DNA from: Octopus sinensis
Taxonomy: Eukaryota
Assembly: GCF_006345805.1 (NCBI RefSeq)
Contig: NC_043006.1
Span: forward strand, 93,248,001-93,312,000
DNA: 64,000 nt
Direction of reading: 5' to 3'
A model generated the notes under the pieces. That model did not search any database. It saw nothing but the letters and a program-made list of their open reading frames with translations, and was not told the DNA's origin. This document shows, one piece after another, positions 11,891 to 26,569 of the stretch (its first letter is position 1; each line of letters begins with the position of its first letter). Position numbers and translations under genes: made by a program.

Positions 11891-14614
11891 ATAATATATA
11901 TATTATATATATATATATATATATATGCACGTATGTATGTATTTTGTATGTATGCATGCACATATAAACTTCCCTTACTATTGTGTGCCAAGATTCTCTT
12001 TCAACTGATTGGAAATTCCAACAGAGAATCTATGACGTCATTGTGACTTTGAACTCCGCTCACGGCACCCCACAGATCTGCAGATCCCACCTTAGTAACT
12101 CCTACACGACTACTGTAAATAGTATGAAAGTAATTTTTCTTACATCATTGCAGACTCTACAATATCTTTGTTAATCACAAATAGAATGGCAAATACCTCT
12201 TCCTAAATACTTGGACTAAAAACAGCTGTCTTTTACACGAAAATATCTTATAAGAAGCTTCACAATACAAAAACTACTAAACTAATCACCTCAGATGATG
12301 CTACAATGCTTTCGGCTGCTATTCAAGTAATCTTTAAGCAAATTAATTGGCCCTTTGCTACTCCAATTTTTCTCCAAGGAAATTTTTGTTAAAGTGTTCC
12401 TTTGATACAAAGAGATCCTAATATAGCTGTAATTTAAAATTGTAATAAATCATCTTTTCTTTAGAAAATGAATCTCAGAAAATACAAAGAACGTATGGGA
12501 AGGTTTAATAAATGACTACACGATGCTAGAAACGTGCACTGACAAATAAATGTGCACTAAACAAGAATCAAATAGAGATATTATCTAAATATCAAATGAA
12601 GCATATTTTCTGAAAGAGATATTTGAAGGTTTAAATGACGACTCAAGTGAGGAATCAATTAAAAATTAACTTTAATACTAACTCCTAAGAATGCAGATGG
12701 ATAATAAAACAGGCAAAGATTTTCTTGCATTATTAGCTGTAGATATATATCGCAAATATAGAAACACTAAAGGCATTGATGTCAAAACTGAAGGAAACTC
12801 ATAGGTTACCGGTTAAACGTTTGATATAGTGACTCCGTTAAAAATAATATCCTTTCTACTGGATTTTACTATGATTATGATGATATGATGCAACGATAAT
12901 CGTAAAAGAAGGCTCGTTAGTAGATAATGTCTTTTTATGATTCAAATGACTATCACAGTTTCCATAAATATATAAGGAACAAGAGAATTTATGAAGATAT
13001 ATGTAGCATTATATATAGCCGGCAAAATCTTGAGACTCTGGTGTTTGCAATGATTATGAACAAAGTGAAATTGCAGTGATTCGTTGAAGAAGGGGGACTT
13101 ATACTTTCGCCTGTCTTTTCTAGGGATCAAGTCTTTTTGACAGCTGACAATCGACAGATGAAAATAGTTTTGAAATTCATGTTGAGTAGTGATTCTTATC
13201 CAGATTCTGAGAGCTCCACTCCAGCAAAATATTAAACTGCAGATCCACTATAGTTCTTTAAAGGTCCATGAAAAATTTTCATTTTGATGTACGTGTTGTG
13301 GGAAACAATTAGTTTTCTTTCTCAGACATTTTACATAGTTCAAGCTCCTCAGGTTAGTGTGTGGATAGGAATTTTGGAGGAAGAATCAATAAAACTAGTT
13401 TTAAAGTATCGAATTGCTATGGGGGTCCACCAGAATAAAGTAGCAATCAAAGGTGTCCATAGGTAAAACATGATCGTGAACCATTGGTGTAGAAAATAAA
13501 TACAACCAAAGAAATGTTTTTGAAAGCATTATTTCACTAAAAACCAATATACGGAAAAATTGTCAAATTAGATATGACCAACAAACTCTCAGCCTACTCA
13601 TCAGTCTTCCTTTATAAGGAAAATCATCACTTTATAACTGGGTAAATATTCAGATTTTATAATTTTATGTAAGGTATAATGATGATTCCATTTTGAATAT
13701 TGTTCTATGAAAACCATATTATAATACGCAAGGAGATCAAGATTCGCTTTCTGGTATTGATGCCGCTTATATCTCTGTTGAGCATTTTAAATAGATCCAC
13801 TGGCTATTTGCGACATCAATGCCTGTTTAGACACTGTGATTCTATAAATCGTTGATAGGATAGTCAGCTGTTTTACCAAAGATCGATATCTGTCACTGTG
13901 GAACTCAGAGCAAGGTGAAAACACGTGATCTGTCAACGATATAATAACGTGTACTTTTATGTACGACCAGTCTTTATGACAGATGTGCTCAAGGTAAATA
14001 AGGCTGTATTCCGTGTTCTAACTCAAATTACACGTTAAGTTGGCGATCAAGGTAACTTGTTGATATTAATACGGCTTCTGTCTCTTTTAACTACCATTCT
14101 TTGCTACATACACTTTATATCATACGTTTATATTTAAATATTATATAATACATACATATATATATATATGTATATATATATATATGTATATGTATATATG
14201 TATGTATATGTATATATGCATGTATATGTATGTTTGTATATATGAATATATATACATAAACATATTTTCCATCATTATTGAAGGCACTGTTACACTACCC
14301 ATTTACAATGCTTGAATTACTAACGATAATTTTTCACCTCACTTTGTTTCAGGCAGTATTTCAATCGATCCGTTTTGTAATCGATTCAAACAGTTGCGAT
14401 TGTTTCATTGTTTCATATGCCCTGTGTCATAAAAGTTGATAGGTTGCAACCCAGCATAAATACAAAGTTCAAATAAACTACAATGCTTGAGACACTATGC
14501 TAATATATGTGTGTGTCCGTGTTTATATACATATATATAATATTATATAATATATATATATACTCTTTTACATATTTCTACTATACGGTTGCGGTCATGC
14601 TGGAGCACCGCATG

Positions 14615-14670
<56 letters not shown>

Positions 14671-14869
14671 TATAGTGAGAGTGTATATATATATATATAT
14701 ATATATAGGGAAAGAGAGAGAGAGTGCAGGTAAGATTTCGGAGATCCATGGACGAGTTCTCTCCAGCCTGCGATGTTATCGCTGCTATGTCCTACAATAT
14801 ATATTTTTCTGTCGAGAATTATTGACTCCCCTGGTGGATTGGAAGAATGGGCCACCCGAACTCTTGTAA

Positions 14870-16350
14870 AGATTAGTAGTCGGTAGTAGTGGTGAGAGCG
14901 TTTAGGTAGTTTATGGTTGTTCAGTTGCATTGTTGGATTTGTTTGGTAGACACGAATTTTTGGCTGTCCTGGTGGAGCGACGTTTTTCCTCTTGTATAAT
15001 GGAGGGGTGTCGTGCGAGAAGTTGGGAGAAGTTGACGGATTCTTCTCTAGAATGAGGAGGAATTAATTGATTACTTGAACAAGATGGACACGGAAATTGA
15101 GAAGAGGAATTATGCAGCGGCGACAAGAGAAAAATTTGAAGAAATCTAGCTTGAAGAGTTGAGTGGGTTCAAGGAAATGCTTGAAAGGGAGGAGAACGAT
15201 GTGAATATGTTCCCCTCCCCAAAACTTATTAAAGGACAAGGAGGAAAGCTCAATTGCATACAGAACTTACGCCACAGCAGCTAAGAAAATTGAAGTGATG
15301 TCCGAAGCACAGATGTAAAAGGCAGTAAAGTCTGTTTGGCAGGAGATAGCATACCTTGCCAGGGGTAGAAAATATGGAACGGTGGAGGTACAGTTTAAGG
15401 AAATAGTAACTGCCAGACTGTACTCGACAATACCGCTGATGATGGACGAAGTGGTGCTTCTACCCATGTACGTTGGGAGACGTACTTCCAGGGTGCGGGC
15501 AGAAGACATACCACCAGAAGTGAATTAGCTTGGATGGTGGCGGCTGCCTTGCTGCTAGGCATGGAAGAATTGGTGGTCCTGCAGGCCACTAGAACGCCCC
15601 ACTGGAATTGCAAGGGACAAATCCTTAAAATGGTGGTACAGGTGGCGGAGGAGGACTTGAAAAAATGGTCGAAAGTATCACAGTGGGAGAGTTGACTTTA
15701 AAGATCAGAGTTGAAGGGAGGATTCAGCGATGTTATAAATGTGGTCTGAAAGGCCACATTCGAGCGGAGTGTCCTCCATCACTAGAAAAGAACAAAGAGA
15801 GATAGGAGTAAAAGTGGTTGGCTTTACACTGCCTGTGGAGGAAGAAATAAGTGAGCTGGAACCACAGAAAAAACAGGCACCAGTGTTGAGGAGGAAGAAT
15901 CAAATACCAGTTTGGAAATGGTAGAGAAAAAGAGCAGGAAGAGGAGGAAAAAGACACACGAGGTAAAAGATAACCCGGACTCACACCTACCCGGCCCTCA
16001 CCCACAGCCACTGCCGACAGACACTAACTCTCCTCATGCCCAGTCTGACAAAAATCTATGGCAAAACACACAGGAGCCTCAACACGACCCACCCTCGCTG
16101 TGTAATGAAAAATTCGTATTAATGTGCAATGGACAGACTAAGGAGCTGGAGAACGAAGTAAATTCGTTGGACGGAATAGTCAAGGTGGATATAGAGGGTG
16201 TAGGGGGTTTGCCCGAGAACGATTATTGTGCTGGCTGACCTGGAGGACCTGTGGAATGTGCATAAGTATACGGAAAACTGTGACTGTGAGAGGTGGTCTG
16301 AAACAACAGACACCAGGACAATGCCAGAAAAAACAGGTTCGTGGACATTT
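14870..16350 (+). mobile_element. Tx1/L1-like non-LTR remnant, ORF1 only (stops and frameshifts)
   Basis: Reconstructed ARGRKYGTVEVQF…LLPMYVGRRTSRVRAEDIPPEV…VEGRIQRCYKCGLKGHIRAECP, with a CCHC knuckle at 15731-15772. Aligns by eye with the ORF1 at 44998-45876. No ORF2 follows. Confidence 0.75.
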
Positions 16351-16769
16351 AAAAAATATAATATAAACAGTTTGGAAAAAATATTGATTAAGTATTTTGT
16401 AAATAATTGTGTTGAAATGATATATCAAGTTGGCTGTTACAAAGGGTAATGTAAATGGTGTTGCTACAGGTTCAATGAAGTCGGTCGGAGGTGGGTGTCG
16501 AGTGACTTTATTTCATCTTTCATTGTATAATTCCATTCGTTTCTTTCGGCAGTTTTTTTTTTGCCCCCAGCATGTGCTGTCCCCTCGATGTGGTAACCTC
16601 ACGAAGTACGTCGTGTGAACGCATTGATTAAACCTCCGCTACCTAATTTTATATATACCAACCTGTGGCAGGATATTATATATATATATATATATGAGAA
16701 ACATTTTTTATATACATATATATATATACGTATATGTATGTATATGCACGTAGCTAGAAAAATGGGAAG

Positions 16770-16897
<128 letters not shown>

Positions 16898-18950
16898 CCA
16901 CTTCTCAGTCTTCTTTGAGTATAATCATTAATTTATCTCCGATATACTGGGTTATTCAAAGGCTAAGCATGTAATGTGGCTCCGGCAGCCAAACTGCAAG
17001 CCATTCTTTAAACGCTACTCAGCAATTATGGTTACATGGCTGGCTTGCTTACTTGGTAGGATATAAAGTTTTGATAACTTATGAGGTTAACAAACTTGAG
17101 GATTGTGAGATCTAACTTAATGTTTACTGCGCATTGATTTTTATTGTTGACCAAGATATCGATCATATCTAAAAGATGGTGCTTCTTCTTCATATACGTT
17201 TGGTAAATGTAGCTTTAATCTGAAAGAATTAGATGTCATCTTACAGTATCCATCGATCATTGAATTTCGATCCTGGAACGTAACACCCTCCCGTTTGTAA
17301 GTCAGTTGTGGTGTCCAGATCACTACTCATCTTTCCTTCTTGGTTTCCAGTTTAATTCCCCTCCATAACCAACAAGGGACTCTTTCCTGCGTACAACTAC
17401 CTACAGATAATTATGTGTAGCAGTTTAGAGAATTTTCGAGAAGATACAGCACATTATCTGATTAAGATGCAGGGGATTATTATACAAAGTCGTGAATCCT
17501 TTGCGAATGCTACTCGTGATTCACTGCATTCTTAAGAGAATGAATTCTTCGTACATAAAAGCAGTGCTGAGCACTTATCGTAGGAGATCCTTTTTACACA
17601 CACAAAAAGAAACAGAAAAAAAATTATGAGCGTTTGAAATGTAAATATGAACGTGTTTTAAAAGCTGTCAAGATTTCACACGAACGCATATATAAAGTAA
17701 AATAAATATGCGACTTCATTTATCTGTACATTTAAATGTTATTCAAGTTACTCGTAAAATTTATTTTCTCCATTATCATATCTCTTTCTGTTTCTTTCTG
17801 TCACCGGCTTCTTTTTATCTTTCAACCTCTTTATCTCTCCCGCTTTTGCGTTCGTTTCGTTCTTTATTTCCTTTCATCTATTGTATTTATGCCAGTTAGC
17901 AGAAACGATCGAGCATCATATACTTACTTATGAAGTGAAAAAGAGAGAAAAACAAAAAGGAAAAAAAAAAACAGAAACTTGTTTTATACACAAACATGAA
18001 CAGATTTGGCTTCTGTACAATTTTTCATATACAATATATACCTTTATTGGTTCATAAAAAGGAAAGTTGAATAATCTATACGGTGATAGCAATAACGATA
18101 AAATCCAAAACTTATTTCAAATAAATACCACTGTGATGCAAGAATAACATTTGATGAACTGTAATCTATAACAATATAGATATTTCAACACACATTCTAA
18201 GTGAAAGTAATATTACCCGAAAGTGAAGTTGTCAATAAGCAAAATCTATTCTTATATGCCGATTAATGGTAATGTAAATCTGCCAAAATCAAAATCGATA
18301 TCAGGCAATAACGGCAGATGTACAAGAAGATAATCCGAAGACATATAACAATGTCTAATAAAGAGAAGAAAGGAAAAACAGAGGAACGACTAGGTATCAA
18401 TACACTCGGTTTATATATCATTTACCCTGAATAACATTAGATAGATGAACAGATAGAGACAGCGAAAGAGAGAGAGAGAGAGAGATAAAACAGATAGGTA
18501 GATAGATATACAGGCAGACACGTTCAGTTATGGAGATCTGTGTGTGCTTGAAGATACAAACAAGAAAGAAAACTCAATACGTGAAATAGAGTATATACAT
18601 ATATTTTTGGGGTGTAACGCTACGTCCGTGTTACTCAAGAAAATTTGCAGCTAAATAAGGCACACGAACACACCCATATAAACATATGTGCATTCGTGCA
18701 TTCATAGAAATGTGTGCATCTGTTTGGCAAATAAGTGCACACATCGTTTGATGATTCCGATAAACATAAGTTTGCACCTTGTGAGAATCATCGATCCGGT
18801 GAGGTGGTTTCGACTATCAATTCGTATAACGCTGCTAAAACACTGTGGTGTCTCGAAATGTCCTTACACCAGGGAATTGCGATTGTTATGAATACACAAC
18901 ACTTTAAGGGAAGTGATGTACTCATATTTACTCACACATATTTGTATGTA

Positions 18951-18981
<31 letters not shown>

Positions 18982-20692
18982 GTGTGTGTGTGGTGTGTGT
19001 GTGTGTGTGTGTGTGTGTGCTTATGTACGTATGCATCTACGTTTGTTCAATGCTGATTATTTCACATTCTTTTGCCAAAACCCTACCTCCGATAACGTTT
19101 GATTCACCTGGTTGTCTTCATTTTCAGAACAATTCTGGTTGAGGTTTCCATACCTTTCTCAAAGAACATTCCTTGTAAATTTAAAGTTATTACGAACACT
19201 TACAATAAATTATTCTCTCTTTGAAAAATTATGTTAATTATGCATATAAGAAGTTTCAATATGATACGACAATGTAGTAATTTCATATTTTACGACGAGT
19301 TTTTAATGAAAAGGTTAATTTCATAACAAGCAATATTTCTCTTTACAAGCTTAGTGTCTGTTTGACGCAAGGAGTGACTTGTTACATCATTGATTCTAGC
19401 AGCAAAGACATGGATGTGGTTTAGCTCGAGAACGACCAGAATCGTAACAAGTTTATTTACGAAAGCGTTTTCACTGTGACCATCTCTACTTCCTGACAAT
19501 CTACCTCAGCTACAATATCGTACATCAGTTTTCGTGAAGATGGTAGAATGTTATGCTGATAGCCTCATATCCATCGAACTCTTAGAAACTCCCACAGTGG
19601 CGTTGTTTTAAATTATTGTCTATTGGGAGTGAAATGGAACAAACACGCAGGGAGGATATCGATGTGGTAGGTGTGACAGAATAAACAATTGGAGATTGGA
19701 AACAATTTAGGTTCAAACTGATATTCATCTCCTCACATATCCCTGTGAAATCACTTGCTACATAGAACGTTAGCTAAAAATATTTGGAATATTACTAAGT
19801 TAAGTCCCCTTTACATTTCAATGTTGATTTGGATTTCATACTTTGGAAGTCAATAGCAAATAACATAAGACTGTAAGAGATAATCAGATTATCGTATTTG
19901 TTTCGATCGCTTGCATTCTGAATTCAAGACCAGCTCAAGTAAACTACTCTTGAAGTACGGATACCACAAAATGCCAATCCAAGGAGCGTGGGTTGACAGA
20001 ACTATTACAACAAAGAACAAGATCCATAGTGGTATTTTTCAGTTCTTGCTATTCTGAGCTTAAATCTCGCTGCATCTAATTTCTCCATTCATCCCTATCT
20101 AGTTTGTAGGTTTTGAAGAAATGTCAGAAACAAAACCCATAACCAAATACTTACCACACAAAACTCAGAATGAACCTTTGAAATATTCCAGCTTTTTAGG
20201 CTCTCTGATTCCAGCCAGGTTTGGCAAAACTATTTATATCTAGCCGACCAGGAACTATTATGTTCGGAGTCACCAATGTTGTGAGGATGTTATTATGCTT
20301 TGTATTGGTGGGGGATGAAAATGTCTTTCTAGTGATGCGCATAAAAATAATTAACAACATTCACAAACAATTAACGGAAGCTTTATTTACTGCACCTAGT
20401 GTTTTATCTGATGGACTTTGGATGAAAAATAATACCGATTAATCCCTGGGAAAGATGTAATACTGGAATTTACGGCGAAATAACTGCTACATATCAATCA
20501 GTAGCTGGCCAATCACAACTGGAAAATAATTACGCTGAATTAATGACTGTCATGGGAGTGGAAACATTAAATTGGCTGCTTCAGCAGTCTACAATTTGTG
20601 TTAGCCGTGTGCGTGTGTTGTCTGGCTAGAGTGGAGGCGCCTCTCACTCAGCCACCTTCAAATATTTTGCAATGGGTTAGCGACAAAAGTGG

Positions 20693-20780
20693 CTTTATAT
20701 AGGCACAAAATGAAAGTTCAAGAAATTCGATTCACGAGACGGTTTGACGCTAATTGGTCGATTGATCGGTCGATCACGTG
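20693..20780 (-). promoter_or_regulatory. possible Pol II core promoter (TATA, CCAAT, E-box)
   Basis: Minus strand TATATAAAG at 20693-20701, CCAAT at 20753-20757 and CACGTG at 20775-20780, in a non-repetitive, locally GC-richer patch. Motif match only. Confidence 0.25.
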
Positions 20781-21231
20781 AAACTACTGTGGCTTGTTCG
20801 TGATATCTACTCGCTTAACTAGCTATACGGCTTTGAATTCGTTACAATAGGAAGACTCATATCACTTGTAACAGTCATTTGACAACTTCATACATTACAA
20901 ACAAAGCGTTTTCAATTTATATTATGGGTGCTGCTCTAATGTAAAACCAATTGAAAATGTTTCTTCGATTATTCTTTTGGCAGTTGAGCAAAACATATAG
21001 ATTCCAGCGGAATTGATTAATCCCGGTTGAACAAGGTTGCAAGACTCGTGTGTTCAGTGTAGATATATGAATGCTGTAAAGAGTATACACAAAACCTTGT
21101 TAAATATGACAGAAAAACAGACAAAGATATTATACAAGAAGAGAACGATACGTTTCTTTCGTTTCAGAAGAAGAGATTCGCAGTTTGCTGTCTGCAGTTG
21201 TAGAGTATTCCTGGGCCTGTCAGAAATGAGA

Positions 21232-21457
21232 TACTCTTTTACTCTTTTACTCTTTTACTTGTTTCAGTCATTTGACTTTGGCCATGCTGGAGCACCGCCT
21301 TTAGTCGAGCAAATTTACCCCACGACTTATTCTTTGTAAGCCTAGTACTTATTCTATCGGTCTCTTTTTGCCGAACTGCTAAGTTACGGTAACGTAAACA
21401 CACCAGTATCGGTTGTCAAGTGATGTTGGGGGGACAAACACAGACACACAAACGTAT

Positions 21458-21510
<53 letters not shown>

Positions 21511-21622
21511 TATACGACGGGCTTCTTTCAGTTTCCGTCTACCAAATCCACTCACAATGCGACTGAACCCGGAACCATGTGGTTTGTAAACAAGCTACTT
21601 ACCACACAGCCACTCCAAGGCC
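21232..21622 (-). mobile_element. tRNA-derived SINE family A, near full length
   Basis: Head gagtggctgtgtggtaagtag…ggttccgggttcagtc, internal (TA)/(CA) tract, tail gcggtgctccagcatggcc…gaaacaagtaaaagagtaaaagag. Confidence 0.88.
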
Positions 21623-21959
21623 TAATGAGATTTTGGTTGATTTTGGTTCATTGCCTTTAGTAACAAGTCTGTGGTTGACAATTACAGAAACAGCGTTGGA
21701 TAAATGAAGTCAGAATTACTAAATGGAAGCTACCAAACGTTCCACAATTGCATATGATATTTATATCTGAACTTTAACATCAAAATCCATTATCCCCAAA
21801 GTATTAACGAGAATTTAAATTGTTTAAACTAGTGTCCCCCGTTTTATGTGATTATTCTCGATTTTGTAACATAAATTTTGTTAAAACTAAGTCCGTGGGA
21901 AATTCTGACCTTAATATGGAAAGAGGAGACACAAACTAATTTTCAGTATTTTTCCAAAA

Positions 21960-22260
21960 TGTGCACAGGGATCGCTGTGTGGTTAAGACACTTGATTTGT
22001 ATCTACATGCTTTCGGGTTCAGATTGAATGGGCAGCATCTTAAGCAAGTATCTCCTCTTATAACCCAAGACCGACCAATACCTTGTAAGTGAATTTGGTA
22101 GATGCAGTCCATTTCGAAGACCGTCAATTAATGTGTGTGTATGTATGTGTGCGTGCGTGAGTGTGTGTGTATATGTGTTTGCCAAACCATCGATTAACAA
22201 CTTGTGCAGATTTGTTTACGTCCTCCTAATTAGCGTTTCGGCAAAAGACCATAAGAATAA
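21960..22260 (+). mobile_element. SINE family A, old diverged copy
   Basis: gctgtgtggttaagacac…gggttcag…gaccgaccaataccttgtaagtgaatttggtagatg. Confidence 0.6.
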
Positions 22261-23199
22261 ACATCAATCCTTTTTTTTTAAATATCAGCACTGGATTCGA
22301 TCTGTTTCATTCAACCTTTCAGGCCGTTGCCTCAGCATGGCGACATGTTTAATATTGTCACTGAAGTGCACTTCCTATTGGCCTCGAACCGTTTCATATG
22401 GAGCATTAGTTCTTGGAACTGAGCACGATCCTTCATTCAATCGGTTTGTATTTCGTTGCATTAACAATGAGCTCCTTTGCAAAGCTCTTCACGTTGTCAG
22501 TGGCAGTACTATAACATTATAAACCATAATATAACGTAGGATACTGAGTGTAAATCTACTCTGTTCTTTTGTGTTTATTATAATGAAACGAAATTATTAT
22601 TGATAAAGACTGCAATGAAACAATTTTACTATTCTATCTGTTGATTTCAGAAACTCGAATCTAACAAAAGCTCTTTGATGACAAAAATATTTTATTGGCG
22701 AATTTTAAAAGCTATGAAAGATATCAACAATACGCTGATTACTATAACATCTTATAAATTCATTCAACAACATCTACCGATTCTTGTACACAATCATAAT
22801 TTTATATTACTACTGGCTTGCTTAACCTGTTGTTGTAAAAAGATATTTACTCAATAACGGCTTTCGCATTTCTAAAGATTCTCCTCCTATTCAAAAGGAA
22901 CATATAATGGCTTAAGAGTTGAAATGTTTTGGATTTTATAGGTTCAGTGAGAGATGCTGTGTCTGTTGGAATAATTTATATCGAGGATGCTGAGAGTTTC
23001 ATTTATCAGACATTAGCAAAACATATTTAAAACACATGCACACATAAGTAGGTATAACACACACACACACACACACACAACACACACACACACACACACA
23101 CACATACACACACGCACACACACATATTTTCAAGCGTACACAAATGAAACTGTATACATATATATCTATGCATATTCATATATATATATATACGTATAT

Positions 23200-23595
23200 A
23201 TCAAAAATGGTCTGCTTTCACAACCGCGACCTGCCACATACATATGGATTTATATATATAATTAACGGGTAAAGACCCCCATCGGTTATGAATGACCATG
23301 GGATTGAATGACCATGGGATAGAAAATTCCCCTCCGTGGCTCAAAAATGAGGAAGGTTGTTTGTGGAAGGTTAGCCCATGAATACCGACCTCCCCTCTCC
23401 ACGCCACCAGTGTTATCTAAGGGAAAGGCAAAGGGGCCGATACAGCTTGGCACCTGTGACGTCGCAACTCATTTCTACAGCTGAGTGAACTGGAACAACG
23501 TGAAATAAAGTGTCTTGCTCAAGAACAAGACACACCGTAAGTCCGGAAATCGAACTCACAACGTCGCGATTATGAGCCCCAGGCTGCAAGCATTG
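23200..23595 (-). mobile_element. tRNA-derived SINE, third family
   Basis: Minus strand has the B-box-like gagttcgatttcc followed by cttgagcaagacact; contains a 17-bp internal tandem duplication near 23289-23320. Confidence 0.6.
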
Positions 23596-23904
23596 AATGC
23601 TGTATGAACATTTATACACACATATATAGGTTTGATATGACAAGACGCCCACGAGGTTCTTTTGTGAATTTAGAAAGATTTAGCTGAGAGGTTTATTGTC
23701 AATTTTTAAAAAACACAAGTTTTACCCACGTTTCACTTCCAAACTCTTGGCTACACTAAGTGAAATCGACTTGTATACATTCAAACAATACATGGTGCAG
23801 ATGAAACGCATTTGTATACACTTATGAAACTGACGGATGAACAATAATTAGAATACTGTTGGACATGAATTCTTATACATACATACATACATACATACAT
23901 ACAT

Positions 23905-23991
23905 TATGGCTGCCCCCTCGTTATCGAGTATGGCCTTTGCAGGAAGCTTAACTGTTACTGGTGCTGTGATCGAATGTGACTTTTTAGCCCA
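23905..23991 (-). mobile_element. 5'-truncated LINE (RTE-like) 3' end within (ATGT)n
   Basis: Translates VGLKSHIRSQHQ* (C-terminal C2H2-like end), then a short UTR ending gcagccata followed by (ATGT)n. ATGT repeats on both sides. Confidence 0.55.
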
Positions 23992-24924
23992 ACATACATA
24001 CATACATACATACATACATACATACATACATACATACATACATACATACATACATACATGTATATATGCTGCACATGTGGGAAATTCTGTCTGTGGGCGT
24101 GTTTGTGAAGTTGTTAGCTAACTCCTACATCGTTTTATCAATATTAATGAAATTTCCCACGTGAGTAGAACTCATGTCTGGAAACCTCGTGACATACTGA
24201 GATTGTTGAAAAAGTCGATAATAGGACCCCGAGACGGGATCCATATATCTACTACATATAACTAATATATTTTATTTAAGCACCCAAGGAAAGTAACCCA
24301 TAGCACCTGCATTTACAATTGTCAGTTTTTAGCGAAGCGATCAATATTTGATTCTCACGATCAGCGGACCTAATTCTGCATTTCACTACTCACAGTTTTG
24401 AACTGCTAAACCTTATTATTGCACTTTCACGATTTGAATCTTCAAACTTAAAGACTTCATTCATACATTTTTATACATACATACTTTTGCGCATATACAT
24501 TTATATATTGGCTTCAATAAATTAGCCTTGATAAAGTTAACCTTTAAAATGCCATGACGAGTAAGAGTACGAGTGGGTACTTCTACTTCACAAGCTGCTT
24601 TAATGCGACAACGGCGATCTCAAGTAAGTCTCCGATACATTATATTTGATATTTATTAAATCAAATTATTATTCTTCGTCTATTCTACTTCAATATCTAA
24701 CCAGTTATATACATATTGCTGTAATTAATTTAGACGTTGCATTAATAGACAATTTTTCAACATCTCCAAATAACTAAATGCTGGCAATACATGCAGGGTT
24801 TTCAATGAAATTTCATTACACTTTGAATGCTCATAACTCCGATAATTCTCCATTTTTCCAGTTAAACTTTTTCGATGGCAGTAGATAAATTTTTGATTCC
24901 AGAACATATTTAATAAGTGTGTCC

Positions 24925-25281
24925 CAGCCCGGGTTTTTGTCTCACGGACAGCTCTATGTCGGATGCTCTAGAGTTGGAAATCCAGAAACTTTATTCATCT
25001 ATGCACCCAACGGCAAAACCAAGAGCATTGTTATCCCGTAGCCCTACAAGACTGAAATTTTGGAACAAAGATGCCTCTCCCACCGGCAATCTTAGAAAAC
25101 CTCTCTCGCCAACCTCCGACAATCTCTCCCTCATCGAGCTCACAGTTTGTTTTTGGTACTTTTTCACGAAGGAAAATACAGCTTTTGTGGCAGTTATAAC
25201 GAAATTGATTTTTATAATAGAGTAATAAGGTACTTAAATAGAACATCTTTACCCTCGGGAATTACCGGGTACACCGCAAAG
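24925..25281 (+). mobile_element. Helitron 3' fragment (helicase C-terminus and terminal hairpin)
   Basis: The frame from 24943 reads HGQLYVGCSRVGNPETLFIYAPNGKTKSIVIP* (PIF1-type HGQLYV..SRV motif). Imperfect hairpin taccctcgg/ccgggta at 25250-25271; the CTAG end is degraded. Confidence 0.8.
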
Positions 25282-25759
25282 CAAATTAAATAAAATTTGG
25301 GAATTTTTTGCTGGGGGTGAAAGTTAGTAACAAGAACAGGACAGTGAGAACAAGACAGTAAAAACAAACGGTGAGGGCTATTAAGCCAAGACGATAGAAA
25401 AATTATTATGAACGCTTAGGAAGACAAGCTTATGAGTGGAGACAGGTATAAGCACGTGTTGTTTTTATGAAGAAAATGGGCAGAAAGATAGATTCTCTTT
25501 CGTCACGTGTCAGCGACGAGAGAGTTAAGGAGAAAGAGTGAGAGAGAGGGAAGAGGAGAGGAGAAGAATAGAGAAGGGTGGGAGAAAAAACCAGAAGGAG
25601 TGAAGAACAAGAGAGGGAGAGATATAAACAGAGAAGAGATAGTAGAAATAGAAGAGTGCTCATCGTAGTTATTAAGATAAAACTTACTTGGAAAAGTCCT
25701 ACTAGTTTTGCACTCATTGCACTCACTGAGACCGCTCGAACCCAGCTAGTGCCAAAAGG

Positions 25760-26230
25760 GTTACGCTAAATGCATTCAACTTCTTGGAAAAAGCAAACGA
25801 AAACAAGTACAAGAAAGCAAGAATTATGCACATACAACAGACATACACCCTTCGGCTATACAGCAAAACGAAAATGATTGCGAATTTTCAAATAAATAAA
25901 GAAAGGGTCAATCGGCTGTTAGACGAACGTAACGTGATGAAAAAAATAATACAAGTGCAACAGAAAAGGAATAGTACATATACAATGGACAAACGCCTCT
26001 CGGCTTTACTACAAAATGAAAATAATTGTACAATTAAAAGATGAATAAATAACAGAAAGTCTTTCGACTATCAGACGAACATAGTAGACTGGTCCAGAAG
26101 AGAAATGGAAAGTCATAGACCGAGCGGGAGGATAGACGAACGTGACTGGTCTGGATGGCGGCCGGTGGAAACAGGATGAAAATGCCTTGGCCGGACAGCG
26201 ACCACGTTGTAGGAGAGGGAAAGAGTTGTA
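25760..26230 (+). mobile_element. highly degenerate RTE-like LINE 3' region
   Basis: Frameshifted remnants resembling KWK..GHIARREDRR…WRPVET…GRP. Confidence 0.35.
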
Positions 26231-26253
26231 GAGGACATACCCACACTCACACA

Positions 26254-26321
<68 letters not shown>

Positions 26322-26569
26322 CATATGTCACACCTATCGAAGAATTTACCACACCATTATCTTTGGGAGATTTATTTTCTGCTGAAGTATGTCCTCTCGC
26401 CTATAGTGCTCTTTATAATTAATCTTGGGCTTTTGTTAAGTTTTATTTTCACTTACACATTACTAATTAGTTTTAAGAACTATTTCCATCGTATTCATTA
26501 AATTCATTATTTTTCGAATACCGGTTACGCTTGTTTGATATAATGTTATGCATTCTATTTTGTGATTAA

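Noticed and set aside
13300-13500. PQVSVWIGI and NHW remnants resembling a Tc1-like transposase
   Set aside because: Too degraded to support by eye.
19290-19499. Protein-like minus-strand ORF
   Set aside because: Short, bounded by stops, no splice context or motif.
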